From IMG/VR virus record IMGVR_UViG_3300028840_006907, positions 224,001 through 288,000 of that record: a stretch of DNA of 64,000 nt. One strand, written 5' to 3'. Of the stretch, positions 10,276-18,063 are shown piece after piece. Position 1 is the stretch's first letter, and each line of letters starts with the position of its first letter. The translations under genes and the position numbers were made by a program. Origin of the DNA: a virus. The notes beneath the pieces were generated by a model, which had not been told where the DNA came from, searched no databases, and saw nothing but the letters and a program-made list of their open reading frames with translations.

Positions 10276-12027
10276 TTATGCCTTGTGAAATCGAAAACTA
10301 TTATTAAATAAATAACTAGGTTTTGACTCAACTGATCTTCCCATGTATGTTCTGGTTTTTGAGTAGCTTATATTTAAACATTTCTGAGCCCTTGTGCATG
10401 CTACGTAAAATAATCTCTCTTCCTCTTTTTTATCTACAGCAAAACTATGAGGCCATACTCCTTCTTCTACACCTACAACTAGGACTGTATTAAATTCAAG
10501 ACCTTTACTGGCATGAGCCGTTAATAACTTAACCCCATGTCCGGTATCTTCTTCCAGAAATGTACTTGCTAAAACCAGGTCCTCTATGGTTCTAAATTCT
10601 CTGATGATTTCTAAAAATGAAGTCAGCATTGTACGGTCACTATCTTTTTTAATAGTAGTTCTATAATCTGTTTTATATAAGATAGTCTCAACAGCCTCTG
10701 AAGGAGTCATGCCCTTTATTTCATTTAAGATATTTATAAGTCCTCTTATACGGGGCATTTCATAAGCCATAGTTTCTAGATAAGACCAGCCTTCTCGAAG
10801 TAAAATTTCTTTTTTCTTTGCTCCGAATCCACGAGGGGGTACATTTACGATTCGGTTTAAACTTTCTAAATCATCTCTATTCGTACTGGCTTTGAGAAAA
10901 CTCATTAAATCTTTGGGAACTCTACGCTTATAATAAGGAAGGGCACCAACAACTTTATATGGTATGTGTTTACTTGCAAAAGCTCTTTCAAAGAATAAGG
11001 ATCTTGCATTTACGCGAAACAGTATTGCGGTATTTTCGTAATCGTTGGCTCTTATAAGGGCATTGGATATTTTCTCTGCCTCGTCTTCCTGACTATTAAA
11101 TCCGGTGAAAGATATTGATCCTTGGAAAGGGTTTTTAGCAACCATCTGATTACCGTATTGAATGTATTGATTGGCATGTTTTATGATCTCTGGAGAACAT
11201 CTGTAGTTGAAACTTAAGTGACATACAGTCGGTTTATGTAATTCTATAAAATGTTTTATGTTCTCAGGATGGGCACCCCTAAATTGGTAAATGGACTGAT
11301 TAAAATCAGCCACTACAAACAATGTCTTTGAATTTTTTGTGTATAGTTTATTTATAATGTCATATTGAATTAAAGATGTATCTTGAAATTCGTCTACTAA
11401 TAGATGAGGCCATTTTTTTGAGTAAAAATCAGCGCAATCTTTATGTCCTAAACAGTCATTGGCATAAATGAGTAGGTCATCGAAATCACATGCATTATTT
11501 TTTAGAAGAATCTCTTGGTAAGTTTTATATACAAGTAAAAAATTTCCTTCATTCAGTTCTGATGTAAACTGCGAAAGTCTGAATGATTTCCTGACATTAT
11601 CGGACCCCATTGATTTGATATGGCTAATAGCCAAGACATATGTTTTGGGTTCTCCGGGCAATTCCCGAGATTTAATGATTGTTTTTACAATTGATAACTG
11701 ATCACCGTCATCATATATACTAAAATTAGGTTTTATTGGTAAATGCCGTGTAAAATTTCTGATTATCCCTACACATAAACTGTGAATTGTGCTGACTTGC
11801 ATTTTTCCAATAGAGTCACAATGTAACTTTAATCGCTCTTTCATTTCATTGGCTGCTTTATTCGTAAAAGTAATAGCACATATATTATCTGGAGAAATAC
11901 CTTGTTCCATAAGCCTTAAAATCTTGGCTATAAGACATCGGGTTTTTCCTGATCCTGCCGAGGCATTAACCATTGTAGGTGATGCAGCTTCAACGGCTCT
12001 GGTTTGTTCTGTATCTAATGATATCAT
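10276..12027 (-). CDS. UvrD/PcrA/Rep-type superfamily 1 DNA helicase
   Basis: 583 aa. Walker A NASAGSGKTRCL, Walker B/motif II LLVDEFQDTS, motif V-VI LLTAHASKGLEFNTVLVVG, and LFYVACTRAQKCL. Start overlaps the upstream stop (TAATG). Confidence 0.9.
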   Translation of the reverse strand: MISLDTEQTRAVEAASPTMVNASAGSGKTRCLIAKILRLMEQGISPDNICAITFTNKAANEMKERLKLHCDSIGKMQVSTIHSLCVGIIRNFTRHLPIKPNFSIYDDGDQLSIVKTIIKSRELPGEPKTYVLAISHIKSMGSDNVRKSFRLSQFTSELNEGNFLLVYKTYQEILLKNNACDFDDLLIYANDCLGHKDCADFYSKKWPHLLVDEFQDTSLIQYDIINKLYTKNSKTLFVVADFNQSIYQFRGAHPENIKHFIELHKPTVCHLSFNYRCSPEIIKHANQYIQYGNQMVAKNPFQGSISFTGFNSQEDEAEKISNALIRANDYENTAILFRVNARSLFFERAFASKHIPYKVVGALPYYKRRVPKDLMSFLKASTNRDDLESLNRIVNVPPRGFGAKKKEILLREGWSYLETMAYEMPRIRGLINILNEIKGMTPSEAVETILYKTDYRTTIKKDSDRTMLTSFLEIIREFRTIEDLVLASTFLEEDTGHGVKLLTAHASKGLEFNTVLVVGVEEGVWPHSFAVDKKEEERLFYVACTRAQKCLNISYSKTRTYMGRSVESKPSYLFNNSFRFHKA

Positions 12028-12338
12028 TAATTATAATTCCAAAATCTTGTTTTCATACTTATAACTGAAGCACCCGCTACAATGTTAACGAGTAATCCAT
12101 AATTATAAGTATGGTTAATGTTATGTTTCTTTTTTACATCGTAAAGTTTTTTTAATGTTAATACTATTTCAGCTACTTCTAATAATAATGGAACTTCTTT
12201 TATTTCCTCTGAAGACTTGACTACTGGTTTATATAAATCGCTAAAAATCTTTTTAAAATAAACTTCTACCTCTCCTTTATCCGTCTTGAAAAAAATTCGA
12301 TACCTCCCCTTACCATTCTTTTTTAGTACCTCCATCAT
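12027..12338 (-). CDS. hypothetical protein
   Basis: 103-aa ORF translationally coupled to the helicase gene (TAATG overlap). No motif recognised. Confidence 0.55.
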   Translation of the reverse strand: MMEVLKKNGKGRYRIFFKTDKGEVEVYFKKIFSDLYKPVVKSSEEIKEVPLLLEVAEIVLTLKKLYDVKKKHNINHTYNYGLLVNIVAGASVISMKTRFWNYN

Positions 12339-12420
12339 AAGTCACTGCTAGTTTGGCTTTAATTAGCATTTTACCTAAATCTTTTCCGTCAACAAAGAAA
12401 TAAGTCATGAATTTAGTCAT
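12310..12420 (-). CDS. possible 36-aa coupling ORF (not in the ORF track)
   Basis: Its ATG overlaps the TGA of the upstream gene (ATGA at 12417-12420). Reads MTKFMTYFFVDGKDLGKMLIKAKLAVTYDGGTKKEW and its stop overlaps the next gene's start region. Supported by position only. Confidence 0.25.
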   Translation of the reverse strand: MTKFMTYFFVDGKDLGKMLIKAKLAVTYDGGTKKEW

Positions 12421-12638
12421 GTTTTATTCTTATTTTTTGAATTGCTCTTTTCATCGATTATATATTTTTTAATAGTATATACCTTTATTATTCCGAGTTT
12501 TTTAAATATATAATCTTGAAATTCTTTTTCTAATTTATCGAAATCATAACTTACTAATTCTAAAGCCCATTTTACCCTGAAATCTTTTTCAGCTAATTGA
12601 ATCAATTTTATTTGAAATTCTGTTTGTGTTAATTCCAT
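12417..12638 (-). CDS. hypothetical protein
   Basis: 73-aa ORF in the minus-strand operon. No motif recognised. Confidence 0.5.
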   Translation of the reverse strand: MELTQTEFQIKLIQLAEKDFRVKWALELVSYDFDKLEKEFQDYIFKKLGIIKVYTIKKYIIDEKSNSKNKNKT

Positions 12639-12658
12639 AAATTTTAAGAAAAGTCCTT

Positions 12659-12934
12659 CTATATTTTAGTTAATGGCTCGTCGTATTTTTCAAGAGTTTC
12701 ATCTCTTTTAACCAATTTGCAGTTTACAAATTCAGGCATTCTCGGGTCTTTATTAAATGTATCCACTAATTCCTGAGCATCATCTTTAAATAGACAACAT
12801 GCTTCGTGTGGGTCTTTCACGAAATGTGTCCATGAGTCATTCTCTGAACTGCGAATTTTTTTCATAGCATAAAAAGTACCATTCGGGTGTTGGATTAAAT
12901 AATCCTGGCTAGTATCTGTGTAAAAATCGTTCAT
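12659..12934 (-). CDS. hypothetical protein
   Basis: 91-aa ORF with AAGGCGG 7 nt upstream. First gene behind the conserved extended -10 motif at 12979-12999. Confidence 0.6.
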   Translation of the reverse strand: MNDFYTDTSQDYLIQHPNGTFYAMKKIRSSENDSWTHFVKDPHEACCLFKDDAQELVDTFNKDPRMPEFVNCKLVKRDETLEKYDEPLTKI

Positions 12935-12978
12935 AATATACCGCCTTTTGAATGAGTGTGAATAAGTTAATAGTGAGT

Positions 12979-12999
12979 CCTTTATAAATATTATACCAG
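12979..12999 (-). promoter_or_regulatory. conserved extended -10 promoter motif, family 2 (CTGGTATAATATTTATARAGG)
   Basis: The minus strand reads CTGGTATAATATTTATAAAGG (TGnTATAAT). A 20/21-identical copy lies at 21974-21994. Both sit upstream of minus-strand genes. Confidence 0.6.
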
Positions 13000-13089
13000 T
13001 CTACCCTTGAAACTCTCCCAAAAAAATTTTAATAAAAAATGTGATGGTTTGTAATTCGTTGAGAAGTATAAAATTATAAAACAAAAAAA

Positions 13090-13428
13090 TTAGTCTAAAA
13101 ACTTCTCAATATTTTCTATTGAATTAATGATTTTACCATTTTCTTGTATGAAATAAAATCTTTTTCCACATTTTATACAACTTATTACAGCCATGTTGGG
13201 AACAACTTCTTTAAAATGAAATTGATTATTGATTTGATCTATTACTGATTGCATATTTGAGAAGATGGTATTTCTTTGATATAATGTGAAGACATATTTA
13301 CAGTGAGGGCAGATAATTCGATGAGGATCAACAATTTTTTCCTTATGTTTTTTTATAAGTTCTATGATAAAACTTATAATAATGTAAATACTGAGAAAAG
13401 TCATGGGAAAAATTAATAATTCTTTCAT
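13090..13428 (-). CDS. small membrane-anchored zinc-ribbon protein
   Basis: 112 aa. N-terminal hydrophobic helix (LLIFPMTFLSIYIIISFII), then ICPHCKY...CIKCGK (two CxxC pairs). Start is 1 nt after the upstream stop. Confidence 0.55.
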   Translation of the reverse strand: MKELLIFPMTFLSIYIIISFIIELIKKHKEKIVDPHRIICPHCKYVFTLYQRNTIFSNMQSVIDQINNQFHFKEVVPNMAVISCIKCGKRFYFIQENGKIINSIENIEKFLD

Positions 13429-13429
13429 T

Positions 13430-13813
13430 CTAAAGATAATCCTCTATTCGTTTAGCCTTTTCATTCAGATATAATAGGACTTTTTCATCATCTTTGATTT
13501 TACCTTTATCATCGATATATGAAGTCATCTCAATAGATTTGATAGGTTTAACAGTCCCATGATTGATTTCAATTTTTCTATGTACTCCTTTTACTAACAA
13601 GTCAATTTCTTCTTTCTCATCTGAGTCCCAGTGGTACTCTGGGAATAAATAATTAATCTGATTCTTACCATAACCTTTAAATCGACTCAGGATGAAACTG
13701 TTATCAAATTTGTTAAATATGCCTAAAGTCGAATTTCTTGCCATTATAAGATACAGGCAATTGTGTATACATTTATTTAATGGGACATATGATTTAAATT
13801 TCTCTATGCTCAT
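13430..13813 (-). CDS. hypothetical protein
   Basis: 127-aa ORF directly downstream of the E1-like gene in the same operon. No motif recognised. Confidence 0.55.
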   Translation of the reverse strand: MSIEKFKSYVPLNKCIHNCLYLIMARNSTLGIFNKFDNSFILSRFKGYGKNQINYLFPEYHWDSDEKEEIDLLVKGVHRKIEINHGTVKPIKSIEMTSYIDDKGKIKDDEKVLLYLNEKAKRIEDYL

Positions 13814-13828
13814 TGAGTAATATATTTT

Positions 13829-14470
13829 TTATCTATCAAATTCTGAAATTTTCATATCTTTTAAAGTGATTATATAATTCTTTTTAACACCACTCTCAAT
13901 GAATTTGATTAATGACTCCGATGCTACTGCCACTGCCAGAAGTATAATATTCCTGGCCAATGGGTACTCGCATACATCAGGAGCTATCGTGTCTTTTGGG
14001 ACGGTATAAGATTCGTTCCATATTATTTCCGCGTAATCCTGAGACAGCCCGACATGTAAACAGCTCAAACCATTATCCTTACAATATTGATAAACTAATT
14101 TTCGGCTAATATTATTATCAAAAGAATCGATGATAATATTTGGTTTTTTCAAATATTTACTCACAGTAGTTTTATTAAGTTCTTTACTATTGGCATTCAA
14201 AACAGTTTTGGTTGAAGCATATGCTCTCATTTTCATAGTCGCTACTTTGTAGGTACCTTTTTCATTTTGGTTCCAGATCTGGGTACCATTATTGTGAGGT
14301 TCAATTCTGTCTTTATCGATAATTGTAATTTCTTTGAATCCCTGTCGAACTAAATTATCACAAAGATTTGACCCTATTGCTCCGACACCACAGAGTGTAA
14401 TTGGGGTTGTTGATAATTTACCAACTACTTCTTCAGATCGATACATTCTTTCATGTATTAATAAATCCAT
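13829..14470 (-). CDS. E1-like (ThiF/MoeB-family) adenylation-domain protein
   Basis: 213 aa. Rossmann motif ITLCGVGAIGSNLCDNLVRQGFKEITIIDKDRIEPHNNGTQ (GxGxxG followed by D-x-D...N...Q), then IIDSFDNNISRKL (the DN of ThiF-type folds). A Cys sits in DVCEYPLARN. The usual Arg of N-x-x-R-Q is Thr here. Confidence 0.75.
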   Translation of the reverse strand: MDLLIHERMYRSEEVVGKLSTTPITLCGVGAIGSNLCDNLVRQGFKEITIIDKDRIEPHNNGTQIWNQNEKGTYKVATMKMRAYASTKTVLNANSKELNKTTVSKYLKKPNIIIDSFDNNISRKLVYQYCKDNGLSCLHVGLSQDYAEIIWNESYTVPKDTIAPDVCEYPLARNIILLAVAVASESLIKFIESGVKKNYIITLKDMKISEFDR

Positions 14471-14474
14471 AATA

Positions 14475-14999
14475 TCATCCTATCCTAGCTATAATGCGAT
14501 CTTTTAACAAGACAAAGGGAATTTCAATACAACCTACAATCCGGTCTTTGTCTCTTTTATATAAATAAAATCTTTGTACTTCTGATTTGATTCCACATAA
14601 TAACGGTTTACCCAAAGCTTTGACCCAACCAGTCATAGTTTTATCATCTAAGGATGAAGGTTCCATTATATTACTTGGATGAGTATGATTAAAACCTACT
14701 ATTTTATTTCTGTCTCTGATTACTTTTTCCCAGTCAAAATCAACTGAACCAGGACCACCAGTGGATTCATAGATTAGTCTACCATAAATCCATTTGCAGT
14801 ATTTTTTACCATATATGATCCAACAATTTTCGTTAATTGTTTGTACTACTTCAATAGCTTCTATTGTTAATTTATTTTTATTGTAAATACCTTTATATGT
14901 TCGACCACATTCTGGGCATGGCATTCTTTGTGTTTCATTTTCTGTAATCCAGCATATATATTTTCCGCACTTACATGTAAATTCACTGCTTTCGGGCAT
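14475..14999 (-). CDS. zinc-ribbon + JAB/MPN+ (JAMM) metallopeptidase
   Basis: 174 aa. N-terminal CKCGKY...CPECGR. Exact JAMM signature GFNHTHPSNIMEPSSLD (H-x-H-x7-S-x2-D). Confidence 0.8.
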   Translation of the reverse strand: MPESSEFTCKCGKYICWITENETQRMPCPECGRTYKGIYNKNKLTIEAIEVVQTINENCWIIYGKKYCKWIYGRLIYESTGGPGSVDFDWEKVIRDRNKIVGFNHTHPSNIMEPSSLDDKTMTGWVKALGKPLLCGIKSEVQRFYLYKRDKDRIVGCIEIPFVLLKDRIIARIG

Positions 15000-15025
15000 A
15001 GGGATATATCCTTATTTTAGATTTT

Positions 15026-15925
15026 CTAATACAACGTTCTACTTATTTGATGAGTGCGTTGACCCTCTTTTATTACAGAAATTAATGCTTTTAAATCATA
15101 GTCTTTATCACCAACATGACCTGTTTCATGGTCGGTTAAACAGATGCCTGCAGTAATAACGTGGTGACTTTGATCTTTAGTAACAATAGTATTAAATTTC
15201 TCTCCATCGATTTCATATGTTACATAAATATGATCCGATTTTTCATCACTGCTCAGGTATTTACCTCCGGCAAATTCTATATCACGTTGAATCTTTGTTT
15301 TTTTCTTTTCTTCAAGTGCTCGTTCACGTTCTTCTTTGATTTTTAAATCGATTTTGTATTTTATGTTAAAAGCAATTTTCTCCTCCAATGTCAGACCAGA
15401 GAATTTTAATTTAGATGGGTCTCTGAATTCTTTCAGGGACTCATTAAGATAATCTGTAATCATCGGATCGGCTGACATATCCATTGAATCAAACCAGATA
15501 TTAGCTCCGTCAAATCGGCATAGACATTTAGAAAATGTTGTAACCATATCATCGAAAAGAAGAACTGGGTATAATTCTGATACTTTTAATCCCAGATGAT
15601 TACTCTTTATCGGGATCCCAAGATAAAAATCTTTCTTTTTATGTACTAAAACCATTCTTATCTTTGGTAAATATTTAAGATAAGATTGAATCTCATCTAT
15701 TTCCGCTAAATCTATTGCTTCAGCCCGTTTATTATCAAGTGCTTTGAATTTGTACCATCCCGGTTCTGTTTTCGGGATGTTTAAGTAATGAATAATTCCT
15801 TGAATACGGATAATGATTCGGTCATTATAATACACAGGAGAAATGATAGTCTTTTCAGTCATCATTTCTTCCTGTTTCCCTATTTTATCAATAAGGTTTA
15901 AAATATTATCTTTTCTTACGGTCAA
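15026..15925 (-). CDS. hypothetical protein with C-terminal E2/UBC-like active-site motif
   Basis: 299 aa. TTG start with GAGGAA 5 nt upstream, overlapping the upstream gene by 20 nt. The C-terminus YVTYEIDGEKFNTIVTKDQSHHVITAGICLTDHETG...LKALISVIKEG resembles the UBC motif HPN-x3-G-x-ICLD...SI-x-LL. The N-terminal ~220 aa has no recognised motif. Confidence 0.45.
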   Translation of the reverse strand: MTVRKDNILNLIDKIGKQEEMMTEKTIISPVYYNDRIIIRIQGIIHYLNIPKTEPGWYKFKALDNKRAEAIDLAEIDEIQSYLKYLPKIRMVLVHKKKDFYLGIPIKSNHLGLKVSELYPVLLFDDMVTTFSKCLCRFDGANIWFDSMDMSADPMITDYLNESLKEFRDPSKLKFSGLTLEEKIAFNIKYKIDLKIKEERERALEEKKKTKIQRDIEFAGGKYLSSDEKSDHIYVTYEIDGEKFNTIVTKDQSHHVITAGICLTDHETGHVGDKDYDLKALISVIKEGQRTHQISRTLY

Positions 15926-17462
15926 AAGATTTCCTCACGGGTAAAGGTGTATCCATGATCTCATATAGAAGATCGAGTTTTGATTTTCTGGATAGCAATG
16001 GAATTAATCCAGGCAATCCATAGTAATCGCTACCTTCAGGTTCATAGTAATCGAAAGGTATTCTAGCTTGTTTTAAATACATGCTGAATTCTTTACGACT
16101 CCATGAACTTGGAATGTAAATAATAGTAATAGTAGGAGTCACATTAAATTTTTTAACATAATTATCCCATATCTCAACGAAAAATGGATTATTATTTTCA
16201 CCTTCATCAGTGACCACTATTATCTGTTCTACATAATAGTTTTTTCTAATAAGGTAATCTAATGCTATACCTATGGAAGTCCCACCATTACTTTTTACAG
16301 GTCTGAAAGCCCTTTCCCAGGCAGACATATTCGGTTCATTAGCTGTGATCTCTCTGGCCATTGTATCAAAAGTAATAGCATAGAGAGGAGCTTCTGTAGC
16401 ACCTGAAATAAGAGCCGCAACATTTTTTCCGACTTCGATGGCTTGAGTCATAGAACCTGATTTATCGATAAAGACTGCAGTAGGTACTTTTATAACACCT
16501 TTCTTTTTAATTTGCTGATCTGCAATTTCATCGAGGATCTTTTGAGATTCCTCATTTTTGATCCGACCTGTTTTCTTTGCTTCTTTGGATTTTAAAGCTG
16601 ATACATTTTTAGCTTTTTTAGCTTTTTCCAATTTAGCCGTAATCAATGTTTTTGTATCCTCATTGTCCATGGCACCACGTTCTTCTAGGGAAGCATAGTT
16701 ATTAATAACTTCCTGTGGAGACATAGCATTGATTAGAGCAATCAGAATTGTAGGAGTGATTTGATCAACCAAACCTACAGCCACCGTATAAGGTACTTTA
16801 TGTTCTATAATCAGCTTTGCCACTTCAGTCGGATTATCAGCTTGTGCTATTTTTTCGAAAACATTTAATTTACTGTCCGTAGGACGTTCATTTCCGAAAA
16901 GAATCTTCTGAGCACGTTCACTAGGTGCTATACGAAGAGTAGCATATAATCCTTTAAGATCTTTTGGACTTTTTAGGGCAATAGCATCAAAAAGATCGTT
17001 GTTGGTTTCAATATATTGAAGAAATTTCTCAACATCCCTTTTAAAGGCAGTAGGAATATTTTTGTAAAGACCTACATTTTTTTCTTCAATTTTTACTTCA
17101 TCGATCATTTTTTTCTTCATTTTTATTTTTTTGCCCGTTTTATTTCTGATCTTTATTTTTTTACCTTTAATAAAACCGACCACACGTCTTTTAAGATATA
17201 CAGGTATTTCCCTGAAGAGGGCTAGCCCAACTTCACGGTTGTCAAGAAATTCATCAACAATAAGTGAACCGATGAATACTTCTTTATGATCCCGAATATC
17301 TCCATTCTTGTAGTACCAGCTTCCAAGGTGGGCATAAAACAGCGGATCTGCTTTTTGTAATTCAAGATGGGTATTTTTTAATTTATCTAGGTCCCGGTGA
17401 GGGCAACTCAGAAATGAGTTAAGCATGTTAACTCTGATATCATTTTCGTTAGCTTGGTTCAT
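15906..17462 (-). CDS. Ro60/TROVE-like protein with C-terminal vWA (MIDAS) domain
   Basis: 518 aa with AAGGAGG upstream. The C-terminal ~190 aa parallels the Ro60 vWA block by block: VFIDKSGSM (DxSxS), AITFDT, NGGTSIGIAL, QIIVVTDEGEN. The N-terminal ~330 aa is helical with ADPLFYAHLGSWYYKNGDIRDHKEVFIGSLIV, similar to the TROVE N-terminal signature. Contains a Lys-rich insert (GKKIKIRNKTGKKIKMKKK). Confidence 0.6.
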   Translation of the reverse strand: MNQANENDIRVNMLNSFLSCPHRDLDKLKNTHLELQKADPLFYAHLGSWYYKNGDIRDHKEVFIGSLIVDEFLDNREVGLALFREIPVYLKRRVVGFIKGKKIKIRNKTGKKIKMKKKMIDEVKIEEKNVGLYKNIPTAFKRDVEKFLQYIETNNDLFDAIALKSPKDLKGLYATLRIAPSERAQKILFGNERPTDSKLNVFEKIAQADNPTEVAKLIIEHKVPYTVAVGLVDQITPTILIALINAMSPQEVINNYASLEERGAMDNEDTKTLITAKLEKAKKAKNVSALKSKEAKKTGRIKNEESQKILDEIADQQIKKKGVIKVPTAVFIDKSGSMTQAIEVGKNVAALISGATEAPLYAITFDTMAREITANEPNMSAWERAFRPVKSNGGTSIGIALDYLIRKNYYVEQIIVVTDEGENNNPFFVEIWDNYVKKFNVTPTITIIYIPSSWSRKEFSMYLKQARIPFDYYEPEGSDYYGLPGLIPLLSRKSKLDLLYEIMDTPLPVRKSFDRKKR

Positions 17463-17483
17463 AATATCTCATCCTCCTTATGT

Positions 17484-17750
17484 TCAGGTTTCAATTTTTC
17501 CGAAAGTAGCATTTGGTCTAACTGTAATGTTACCATTTTTATGGTGTTCAACAACTAATTCAGCAAATTCTGATGCTGGTCTATCATAATGATCTACTAA
17601 AGCCAATTTAATTTGTTCACCAGTTATATTATCCGATGTGATCTCGGTTCCTGGTTCAATCCCGAGTTGTTCCCATCTGTCTTCTGGGAAAAGATCTTTG
17701 AGATTAATATCTTCAGTTTGACCATCATACATTATATGGACTTCACTCAT
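17484..17750 (-). CDS. small acidic protein, candidate ubiquitin-like (beta-grasp) modifier
   Basis: Start revised to the ATG at 17750, with GGAGG 5 nt upstream; the 109-aa version in the track lacks an RBS. 88 aa: MSEVHIMYDGQTEDINL...ITVRPNATFGKIET. First gene of the E2/JAB/E1 operon, with a Gly 4 residues from the C-terminus. Confidence 0.6.
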   Translation of the reverse strand: MSEVHIMYDGQTEDINLKDLFPEDRWEQLGIEPGTEITSDNITGEQIKLALVDHYDRPASEFAELVVEHHKNGNITVRPNATFGKIET

Positions 17751-17790
17751 ATGAGCCTCCTTGTAATAAGTTAAAAAAAGAGTCCCGTAT

Positions 17791-17807
17791 ATTATACGAC
17801 ACGAGAT
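17791..17807 (-). promoter_or_regulatory. conserved promoter motif, family 1 (CTYCRTGTCGTATAAT)
   Basis: The minus strand reads ATCTCGTGTCGTATAAT, about 40 nt upstream of the 17750 start. The same TGTCGTATAAT core recurs at 18956-18972 and 61807-61823 on the plus strand. Confidence 0.6.
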
Positions 17808-17888
17808 TAACATTTCATTAAGTAAAAAATTGGGTAGAATATAAATTCTTGTGTGTCATCATGGTAAATAACTTTTTTAAAAAAATTA

Positions 17889-17917
17889 TTGACACACTTA
17901 AAATTTATGGTTATATT
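17889..17917 (+). promoter_or_regulatory. sigma70-type promoter of the RNA operon
   Basis: TTGACA (17889-17894), a 17-nt spacer, then TATATT (17912-17917). The predicted start near 17924 coincides with the first base of the RNA1 closing helix. Confidence 0.7.
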
Positions 17918-17923
17918 ATTGAC

Positions 17924-18063
17924 AGTTCTGCACTCTAACTTTTGATGCTTACATAGAGAAAATAGCTCAGTTGGTCAGAGCGCGAGATTTAGGTTCTTGA
18001 AGTCTTCGGTTCAATTCCGAATTTTCTTACCATAAAATTAGCACCTTCAACTTGTGCAGAACT
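17924..18063 (+). ncRNA. structured RNA unit 1: shared closing module enclosing a complete tRNA
   Basis: Perfect 10-bp terminal helix AGTTCTGCAC (17924-33) / GTGCAGAACT (18054-63). Family module just inside it: 5' TCTAACTTTTGATGCTTACA and 3' GCACCTTCAACTT. The cargo is the tRNA at 17956-18032. Confidence 0.6.
17956..18032 (+). tRNA. tRNA, anticodon UAG (Leu by the standard table), class-I shape, CCA encoded
   Basis: Hand-folded cloverleaf. Acceptor GAGAAAA/TTTTCTT (G1-U72). D-arm GCTC-AGTTGGTCA-GAGC. Anticodon arm CGAGA-TTTAGGT-TCTTG (U33, anticodon TAG at 17990-92, G37). 5-nt variable loop AAGTC. T-arm TTCGG-TTCAATT-CCGAA, A73, then CCA. Confidence 0.85.

Noticed and set aside
17751-17813. 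The longer 109-aa version of the first cassette gene.
   Set aside because: The extra 21 codons encode a hydrophobic, odd N-terminus and have no RBS. The internal ATG at 17750 has GGAGG at ideal spacing.
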